A stretch of DNA of 64,000 nucleotides from Candidatus Binatia bacterium (GTDB lineage Bacteria > Desulfobacterota > Binatia > UBA12015). The first letter of the stretch is position 1. Each line of letters starts with the position of its first letter. The notes beneath the pieces were generated by a model that searched no databases, had not been told where the DNA came from, and worked only from the letters and a program-made list of their open reading frames with translations. Of the stretch, positions 57,307 through 64,000 are shown piece after piece. The position numbers and the translations under genes are program-made. The stretch is taken from positions 21,451 to 85,450 of the forward strand of contig CBFHUR010000002.1 of the NCBI GenBank assembly GCA_965658895.1, in the 5' to 3' direction.

Positions 57307-57510
57307 ATGCGTATGGCAATTATTATCGGTTTGATCGGTGTGGCTTTGGTGGTCAGTGCAGGAGAACCTCAGGGTCGTGAAGAAGGCGGCCCGCAGCTCG
57401 AGGCCAAGATCTGTTCTCCGTCCTGGCGCATGTCGGTGGAGCGTCGACTGGTCTTCCTCGAGGATCAGGCCGATATGCTCGAGAGCGAGCTCGACGAGAT
57501 CCGTTACTGA
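57307..57510 (+). CDS. small signal-anchored protein (67 aa) with a C-terminal coiled-coil
   Basis: Strong RBS AAAAGGAGAGAAA 7 nt before the ATG. N-terminal 'MRMAIIIGLIGVALVVSA' and C-terminal 'LEDQADMLESELDEIRY'. Confidence 0.45.
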   Translation: MRMAIIIGLIGVALVVSAGEPQGREEGGPQLEAKICSPSWRMSVERRLVFLEDQADMLESELDEIRY

Positions 57511-57553
57511 AAGGTCTTGCCCCTGTGGCCAGCTTCCGACAGGATCGCGTGCC

Positions 57554-58594
57554 ATGCGCGGTATTGTTTATCATGGAGCAGGAGACATGCGGGTGGAGTC
57601 TGTTCCCGATCCCAAGCCACAGGACGCCCGCAGCGCGATCGTGCGCGTCGAGGCCACAGCGATCTGCGGGTCCGATCTGCACCTTTACCATGGCCTGATG
57701 ATGACGGAGGGGCCGTTTACAGTCGGCCATGAGTTCATCGGTGAGGTGGTCGAGGTTGGCTCCGAGGTGAGGAACTTCAAGAGCGGAGACCGCGTCATTG
57801 TCGCCGGCGTCATTGGTTGCGGTGACTGTGACAGTTGCCGCCGGGGTGAAGTGGTCCGGTGCCTGAACCATATGAACCGCGTTTTTGGCGTCATGCCGGA
57901 TCTGCCCGGCGGCCAGGCCGAAGCCGTCGCTGTGCCCGGGGCGGATTATTCCATGACGCTGATGCCCGATGGGATCTCCGAGGAGCAGGCTGTCCTTCTC
58001 ACCGATATTTTGCCGACCGGATTTTTCGGGGCGAAATCGGCACGGATCAACCCCGGTGACACCGTGGCCATCCTGGGTGCCGGACCGGTTGGTATTCAGG
58101 CGCTTGTTTGTGCGCAACTCTACGGGCCGTCGCGCATTATCGTCGTGGACCCTGTGCCCGAGCGGCGAGCGCTGGCGGTATCGTTGGGTGCCGAGGCCGT
58201 GACGCCGGACAATGCACTGATGCATGTAATCGAAGCGACCGGTGGGCAAGGGGCGGATGCCGTGATCGAAGCGGTTGGCGCTCAGGAGACGATCCACTCC
58301 GGCATGATGCTCGCGCGCCCCGGTGCGGTTCTGGCGGTGATCGGTGTGAATCTGGAAATGGATTTTCCCTTGCCGATGCCATTGGCGGTGACCAAGGATC
58401 TGACCATGGCGTTCGGCGTGGTCCCGGTGCCGGAATTCTGGCCGGCGCTGATTCCGCTTCTGCAATCCGGGCGGATCCGCCCGGAAGCGGTCTTCAGCCA
58501 TCGCCTCGGCCTGAGCGAGGGGGCCGAAGCCTATCGCCGCTTTGACAAGCGCGAAGATGGTTTCATGAAGGTGCTGCTGGACCCGACGAGCTGA
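57554..58594 (+). CDS. Zn-dependent alcohol/formaldehyde dehydrogenase-like (MDR)
   Basis: 'CGSDLH', 'GHEFIGEV', Cys cluster 'GCGDCDSCRRGEVVRC' and 'GAGPVG'. Start trimmed to MRGIV. Confidence 0.75.
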   Translation: MRGIVYHGAGDMRVESVPDPKPQDARSAIVRVEATAICGSDLHLYHGLMMTEGPFTVGHEFIGEVVEVGSEVRNFKSGDRVIVAGVIGCGDCDSCRRGEVVRCLNHMNRVFGVMPDLPGGQAEAVAVPGADYSMTLMPDGISEEQAVLLTDILPTGFFGAKSARINPGDTVAILGAGPVGIQALVCAQLYGPSRIIVVDPVPERRALAVSLGAEAVTPDNALMHVIEATGGQGADAVIEAVGAQETIHSGMMLARPGAVLAVIGVNLEMDFPLPMPLAVTKDLTMAFGVVPVPEFWPALIPLLQSGRIRPEAVFSHRLGLSEGAEAYRRFDKREDGFMKVLLDPTS

Positions 58595-59276
58595 GGCCAC
58601 TCAGCTCCCCCAAGGTATCGACGTCCAGGTCTTCCAGAGAGGCCAGCCAACCCGTGGCGCCGGCACCCAGCAGGTCGTCTCGGGAGGCCGTCGCCTCGCC
58701 AATGGCGATACACTTCATGCCGGCGCGGGTGGCGCTTTGGACGCCCGCTACAGAATCCTCGATGGCGATGCATTGATCTGCCGCGTGGCCCAGGCGACGG
58801 GCACAGAGTTCATAGACAGCTGGATCCGGCTTGCCGCAGTCCACCTCGGATGCCGAGGCAATGGCAGAAAAAGCATCTTCCAGATCCAGCCGCTGCAGAA
58901 CCGCTTCAATCAACGAGAAGTCCGATGAGGTCGCCAAGCCGAGCGGAATTCCCTGACGGCGCACGACCGCGATGGCCGTGGCCACACCGGGAAGAGGCGC
59001 CCCGGAAGAGCGCGCCCAGTCGGCCACCTTGCCGGTGATCTCGGCACTGATCTCGGCGGCGTCTCCTGCGAAGGGGTAGCGCTCGCGCCAATATTCCACG
59101 CACGCATCCATGCGCAGCCCCGTGGTCTGCTGCGTCATGGCTTCGGTCAGCGGCACGCCAAGTTCCCTGAAGATCTCGACCTCGGCGATTTTCCAGTTCG
59201 GCTCGGAGTCGATCAGCACGCCGTCCATATCGAAGATGATGGCGATTCCGGATTCGGCGTTTTTCGCGTCCTTCAT
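58563..59276 (-). CDS. HAD-IA family hydrolase (beta-phosphoglucomutase-like)
   Basis: 'IIFDMDGVLIDSE' motif I, 'ATSS' motif II and a 'EDSVAGVQSATRAGM' motif IV region. The 3' end overlaps the convergent ADH by about 32 nt. Confidence 0.7.
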   Translation of the reverse strand: MKDAKNAESGIAIIFDMDGVLIDSEPNWKIAEVEIFRELGVPLTEAMTQQTTGLRMDACVEYWRERYPFAGDAAEISAEITGKVADWARSSGAPLPGVATAIAVVRRQGIPLGLATSSDFSLIEAVLQRLDLEDAFSAIASASEVDCGKPDPAVYELCARRLGHAADQCIAIEDSVAGVQSATRAGMKCIAIGEATASRDDLLGAGATGWLASLEDLDVDTLGELSGLSSSGPAAPS

Positions 59277-59336
59277 CCGGGGAAAGTTACCCAAGTGCCA
59301 GAATGTACACAATCAGCACCGGCAGCCATGAGGGGA

Positions 59337-61187
59337 TTAATGGTACCCCGAGGCCTGAAGTCGGAACATCCTTGCGTAGGTCGCATCTCGCGCGAGAAGT
59401 TCTTCATGGGTACCCAGTTCCGTAAGCTCGCCGTGTTCGAGAACCGCGATCCTGTCGGCAAAGCGCACGTTGGCAAACCGATGCGTGATCAGGATGGTGG
59501 TTCGGTTGGCCGTGAGAGTTTGGAAGCGCGAAAAGATCTCGGCCTCCGCTTCGGCATCCAGCGCGGCAGTCGGTTCATCGAGAATCAGCAAGGGCGCGGG
59601 TCGCATGAAGGCGCGTGCCAGGGCCAGACGTTGCCATTGGCCGGTGGAGAGCTCCTCCCCGCCGAACCACCGGCCGAGAATTTGCGCATACCCGTCCGGG
59701 AGTGCTTCGAGCGTCTGCGCAATCCCGCCCTCGAGAGCGGCCTTGCGGACCGCTTCAGGATCATTCATCGAGGGCAGCCAGCCGACCCCGATATTGTCCG
59801 AAGCGCTGAAGTGGAAGCGGACAAAATCCTGAAAGATGATTCCCATCCGCGCGCGCAGACCCGCCGGACCGAGTTCGTCGATGCGGGTGCCTCCGACCAG
59901 AATCTGTCCGGAATTAGGCTGGTAGAGTCCCGCCAGAAGTTTGACGAAAGTCGTCTTGCCCGCTCCATTGGGTCCAACGAGGGCAATCGTCTCTCCCGGC
60001 TTGATCTTCAGGTTCAGATTCTGGATGGAATCCCGTGCAATGCCCGGATAGCGAAAGCGGACCTGATCGAACTCGACCGCGATGCCCTCTGTTATTGATT
60101 CTGGGTCGTCTCGAGACGGAATCTCTTCGTGTGGTTCATCCTCGGGGGTATCGAGGTATTCAAAGAGATTGGTCATGAAGAGATTGTTTTCGTAAAGTCG
60201 TGCGAGGGAGAGAAGGCCGTCCTGAAAAGATTTCTGCCCCTGGCGAAAAGCCGTCAGATAAAGAGTCAGGGAGCCGACCGATACGATGCCGCGGGCAGCG
60301 TCGACCACCACCCAGGCGTAACAACCATAGACGGCACATGAGGCGACCACCCCGAGAACGATGGCTGCAAAACCGCGCCGTCGCTCGAGGCCCGCATCTT
60401 CGCGATGGAAGCGTTGGAAGGTTTCCCGATACCGTCGCAGCAACATCGAACTGAGCGAGAAGAGCTTCACTTCCTTGGCACTCTCGGTCCGCGAGATCAG
60501 GGACTCCAGATATTGCGCGCGCCGCTTCTCGAACATTCGCGAACGGTTCAGGCGAAAGGCTTCGCGCCCAAACCGAGCTTCGGCCACAAAGGGCGGGATG
60601 GCCGAGCCCAGAAGAACGAGCACGGCCCACGGACTCCAGGCGAGCAGAACAAACATATAGCCCGAGAGCGAGAGCGAGGTCCTTACAAAGCGCAGAACCT
60701 GACGCACGACATCGAGAGGCCGGGAACTGGCTTCGCGCCGCGCCTGGGAGAGTCGATCGTGGAAGTCCGGGTCCTCGAAGTTTTGGTAGCCCACATGGAT
60801 GGCCTTCTCGAGAATCGCGGTATTGACCGCCAGCGAGAGGGCCGAGCGGAGCTGGACCTCGGCGACCTGATTGAGCTGCGTGATGCCTGAGCGGCCGATC
60901 ACGAGCAGCGCCTCGACGCCCACCCAGAACAAGGCCGTCGATATATCCGGGGTATTCCCGGTGGCCGAGGCGACCACCGCGTCGATCAGCTCCTTTCCCA
61001 CCCAGGCGATTCCGACCGGCAGCAATCCCTCGGCGAAGGCCAGAAAAATCAGGGAAATAGCGAGTCTTGCGTCAGCACGGAAAAGCAGCTGCAAGGCGCC
61101 GCGGGCATTTTTCAGCAAAAGCAGGAGCCCCTCACGCTTGCCCGGAGCAGCCTCGGGGCCCTCCTGCGGTGCGTCGGGATCAGCCAT
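59337..61187 (-). CDS. ABC transporter, fused permease/ATPase exporter (MsbA-like)
   Basis: Six-TM N-domain. Walker A 'GPNGAGKTT', signature 'LSTGQWQRLALARA' and Walker B 'LILDEPT'. Confidence 0.85.
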   Translation of the reverse strand: MADPDAPQEGPEAAPGKREGLLLLLKNARGALQLLFRADARLAISLIFLAFAEGLLPVGIAWVGKELIDAVVASATGNTPDISTALFWVGVEALLVIGRSGITQLNQVAEVQLRSALSLAVNTAILEKAIHVGYQNFEDPDFHDRLSQARREASSRPLDVVRQVLRFVRTSLSLSGYMFVLLAWSPWAVLVLLGSAIPPFVAEARFGREAFRLNRSRMFEKRRAQYLESLISRTESAKEVKLFSLSSMLLRRYRETFQRFHREDAGLERRRGFAAIVLGVVASCAVYGCYAWVVVDAARGIVSVGSLTLYLTAFRQGQKSFQDGLLSLARLYENNLFMTNLFEYLDTPEDEPHEEIPSRDDPESITEGIAVEFDQVRFRYPGIARDSIQNLNLKIKPGETIALVGPNGAGKTTFVKLLAGLYQPNSGQILVGGTRIDELGPAGLRARMGIIFQDFVRFHFSASDNIGVGWLPSMNDPEAVRKAALEGGIAQTLEALPDGYAQILGRWFGGEELSTGQWQRLALARAFMRPAPLLILDEPTAALDAEAEAEIFSRFQTLTANRTTILITHRFANVRFADRIAVLEHGELTELGTHEELLARDATYARMFRLQASGYH

Positions 61188-61321
61188 TTCTCTTTGAGAG
61201 CATGCCCATCAAGGACAGGCAATCCGGCCCGGAGAATCGGAGTTCGGAGCGATATGGCGTTTGGGGGCTGGTTTGGCGGGCGGTGGTGGGATATGAGAGG
61301 GAAAAGGAATCGAGGATTGCC

Positions 61322-61642
61322 ATGAAAATGCTCCGAAAAATTGCTGCTGCCGGAATGGTTGTGATGTTGCTCGCTGCTCCAGCTCAAGCCGTGGATGATT
61401 ACGACGATTCACAGTCCAACCCCTTTCGGATCATCGCCTATGTCCTGCACCCGGTAGGCTACGCGATCGAGTGGCTCTTCACCCGCCCGTTCTACCGCGT
61501 GGTCTCGCAGGAAGATCTGGCCCCGGTCTTTGGCCATGTCTCTCACGAGGGTTTTGATTACGAGAGCTATACCGAAGGTCTGGCGACCGGAGTGGCTATC
61601 GGCGGCAATAGCGATACCATCGCGGAGCGCTCGCAGCGCTGA
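61322..61642 (+). CDS. small secreted hypothetical protein (106 aa)
   Basis: RBS GAAAAGGAA and signal peptide 'MKMLRKIAAAGMVVMLLAAPAQA'. Start trimmed from 61067. Confidence 0.4.
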   Translation: MKMLRKIAAAGMVVMLLAAPAQAVDDYDDSQSNPFRIIAYVLHPVGYAIEWLFTRPFYRVVSQEDLAPVFGHVSHEGFDYESYTEGLATGVAIGGNSDTIAERSQR

Positions 61643-63955
61643 TCAGCCGTGCCAGGGGCCTTCTTGCCCCATGATCTGCAAGGGTGCGTAGCGAGCGATC
61701 AGCTTTTTTACGCCATAGCGCTCGAATTGGATGGTCAGCTTGGTGGCGCCACCGGAACCTTCCTTGCGACGCACCACGCCGGCGCCGAATTTCGGATGAT
61801 TGACGACCGTCCCGACCTGCAACGGGACCGCTGAGGTTTCTTCCCCGAACTCCTGGCCGACGCTGTAGTCGATCCGGGGCTCGTCGGGGTCGAGATCTTC
61901 CTGGCTTTGCTCTCCGAGCTCGATCAGGCGATCGATCCCCTTCTGCAAACTTTCCTTGACCGGAGCCGGCTCGAGGTCGTCGAGGACGTCGCCGAAGAGT
62001 CCGACCGGCTCAAGGAGTTCGTTGGGAATCTCTTTGAGGAATCGCGAAGGCGGATTGTTCTGGCTGGTTCCGAACAGAATGCGGTGTCGTGCGCGGGTCA
62101 GAACCAGAGCCTCGCGCGCGCGGGTCATGCCGACGTAGCAGAGCCGACGCTCCTCCTCGATCGTGCCCTCATCCATGGAGCGTGCATGCGGGAAAACGCC
62201 TTCTTCCATGCCGACCAGAAAGACCAGCGGAAACTCAAGACCCTTGGAGTTGTGGAGAGTCATCAGGCTGACCGCGCCCTGTCCGTCGTCGTTCTCATCC
62301 ATCGCCGTGACCAGAGCGGCACGCTCGAGAAAGGCCTCGATTGCCGTGGTCGTATCGGGATAGACCACGCTGGTTTCTGCTTCGTGTGCGGCGCCCACGA
62401 GTTCCTCGAGGTTTTCTGCGCGGGTTTCGGCTTCGTGGGTACCCTCGGCCTGCAATCGCTCGGAATAGCCGCTCTCGATCAGAATTCCCTCGAGCAATGT
62501 GCTGAGGCCCTCGGTGGACATTCTCTCCCGCAGGCTGGCCAGAAGGGCGTGGAATTCGAGCACGCGGGTCCGTGACGCCTTGCCCAGACTGACAAGGGTG
62601 GGGTCGACCTCGAGCTGGTCGATTACCCAGGCAATCGAGCGGCCCGTATCGCGCGCGGCCTGCAGGAGTTTCTGCTGGGTGGTCGCGCCGATCCCGCGGG
62701 TTGGGGTGTTGATGATTCGCAGCAGGCTGATGTCGTCGTGCGGGTTTACCAGACACCGCAGGTAGGCAAGGACGTCCTTGACCTCGCGCCGGTCATAAAA
62801 ACGAGTGCCGCCGAGAAGTACGTAGCGGATCCGTTGCCGCACGAGTTCTTCCTCAAGGACACGGGATTGCGCATTCGTTCGGTAGAAGATGGCAATCTCA
62901 CCGGCCCCCCGGCCGCGCGACACGGCATCGCCGGCTTCGGTCGCAACCCACCGGGCCTCGGCCCGGTCGTCGGGGAAGGTGCCCAGACGAATCTTTTCGC
63001 CGTCTTCATCTTCGGTCCACAGACGTTTCCCATGACGGCCCGCATTGCAGGAGATTACCGCTCCGGCGGCGTCCAGAATATTTCCCTTGGAGCGGTAATT
63101 TTGCTCCAGGCGGACGACATGCGCATCGGCATGGTCGCGTTCAAATTCAAGAATCGCGCGTACATTGGCGCCGCGAAATCCGTAGATCGATTGATCGTCG
63201 TCGCCGACGACACAAAGATTCCCGTTCGCGCCGGAGATCTTGTCGATCAGAAGATATTGCGCGTGATTGACGTCCTGATACTCGTCGACCAGAACGTGGC
63301 GGTAGCGCCTCTGGAACGATTGCCGTACTTCGCTGTTCTCGGTGAGCAGCTTCACCATACCGGTGATCAGGCTGCCAAAATCGACGGCACCCAGTTGATC
63401 GAGTAGTTGCTGGTAGCGTCGGGCGCCCTGGATCATTCCCTCCGACCAGGTGGGACCTTCCTGCAAGCGGCTCGGGTCGAGCGCCTGATTTTTCATGCGA
63501 TCGATCATCGAGCGCAGCAAGCGCGGTGGCACCTCTTCTTCGCTCACCCCCGATTCCTCCAGCGCGCGTTTGCAGAGAGACAAGGCGTCCGCATCGTCGT
63601 AGATGGCGAAACTCGACGGTAATCCGAGCTGCGGCGCATAGCGCCTGAGCCACCGGGCACATGTCGAGTGGAAGGTTCCGACGGTCAGGTCCGAGATCTG
63701 GTCGCCGACCAGGTCGACCAGGCGCTCTCTCATCTCTTTCGCCGCCTTGTTGGTAAAGGTCACTGCCAGAATTTCGCGAGGTGAAACCCCGTGTTTCTCG
63801 ATCAGATGGGCAATCCGGTAGGTCAGAACACGGGTTTTCCCGCTGCCGGCTCCCGCGAGCACCAGCAGGGGACCGGCCGGGTGTTGCACCGCTTCGGATT
63901 GTTGGGGGTTCAGCGAATCGAGATCAAGCACCGAGGACCGTCCTGGGTCGAACAA
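61643..63955 (-). CDS. ATP-dependent DNA helicase, UvrD/PcrA/Rep family, with a C-terminal extension
   Basis: 'LNPQQSEAVQHPAGPLLVLAGAGSGKTRVLTYRIAHL' motifs I-VI. About 100 extra C-terminal residues end in a Tudor/PcrA-CTD-like 'VVNHPKFGAGVV'. Confidence 0.85.
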   Translation of the reverse strand: MFDPGRSSVLDLDSLNPQQSEAVQHPAGPLLVLAGAGSGKTRVLTYRIAHLIEKHGVSPREILAVTFTNKAAKEMRERLVDLVGDQISDLTVGTFHSTCARWLRRYAPQLGLPSSFAIYDDADALSLCKRALEESGVSEEEVPPRLLRSMIDRMKNQALDPSRLQEGPTWSEGMIQGARRYQQLLDQLGAVDFGSLITGMVKLLTENSEVRQSFQRRYRHVLVDEYQDVNHAQYLLIDKISGANGNLCVVGDDDQSIYGFRGANVRAILEFERDHADAHVVRLEQNYRSKGNILDAAGAVISCNAGRHGKRLWTEDEDGEKIRLGTFPDDRAEARWVATEAGDAVSRGRGAGEIAIFYRTNAQSRVLEEELVRQRIRYVLLGGTRFYDRREVKDVLAYLRCLVNPHDDISLLRIINTPTRGIGATTQQKLLQAARDTGRSIAWVIDQLEVDPTLVSLGKASRTRVLEFHALLASLRERMSTEGLSTLLEGILIESGYSERLQAEGTHEAETRAENLEELVGAAHEAETSVVYPDTTTAIEAFLERAALVTAMDENDDGQGAVSLMTLHNSKGLEFPLVFLVGMEEGVFPHARSMDEGTIEEERRLCYVGMTRAREALVLTRARHRILFGTSQNNPPSRFLKEIPNELLEPVGLFGDVLDDLEPAPVKESLQKGIDRLIELGEQSQEDLDPDEPRIDYSVGQEFGEETSAVPLQVGTVVNHPKFGAGVVRRKEGSGGATKLTIQFERYGVKKLIARYAPLQIMGQEGPWHG

Positions 63956-64000
63956 ATGTCTTTCGTCTGGACCTCGGCTGCGAGATCGGCAATGTTGAGG

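Noticed and set aside
56892-57308. 138-aa minus ORF overlapping the small secreted gene and the palindromic promoter
   Set aside because: Highly basic low-complexity translation. The 80-aa frame with a signal peptide (56959-57201) explains the coding signal better.

Overview
High-GC (about 62-64%) bacterial chromosomal window that spans the replication-origin neighbourhood. On the minus strand it reads gyrA, gyrB, dnaN, an AT-rich spacer with DnaA boxes, then dnaA, with a second DnaA-box cluster upstream of dnaA. The coding strand switches there. Rightward follow hemL, a partial F0 ATP-synthase operon (atpZ-like, atpI-like, atpB, atpE, then a clean intrinsic terminator), an orphan ParB-like gene, a small secreted protein, a Zn-alcohol dehydrogenase, a degenerate Hint-domain protein flanked by small hypotheticals, and clpB. 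Next comes a single-chain tandem-MerR regulator translationally coupled to a classical menaquinone operon (ubiE/menG, menF, menD, menH, menA, menC, menE, with no menB) and a TetR regulator. A convergent minus-strand operon looks like lipid modification: ABM monooxygenase, a dedicated ACP, an LpxL-like acyltransferase, a secreted beta-propeller, a VOC protein and a CDP-alcohol phosphatidyltransferase. The right third is an accessory-looking block of lipoproteins and secreted enzymes (DUF3604, cupin, ADP-ribosylglycohydrolase, pectin-acetylesterase-like, SnoaL, DUF3050, a PQQ-propeller with Myxococcus-type Cys-rich repeats) plus MFS, Gfo/Idh/MocA, TauD-like, Zn-ADH, HAD, an ABC exporter and a UvrD/PcrA helicase. 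The left end carries a catabolic module (two adjacent acyl-CoA dehydrogenases, a fused double family-III CoA-transferase, an amidohydrolase-2) and a pair of overlapping small genes. I found no rRNA, tRNA, CRISPR array, transposase or integrase. Many long ORFs in the track are antisense artefacts typical of high-GC DNA. Coordinates I adjusted by hand may be off by 1-2 nt. The ORF track prints M for alternative start codons (for example GTG at 27739).
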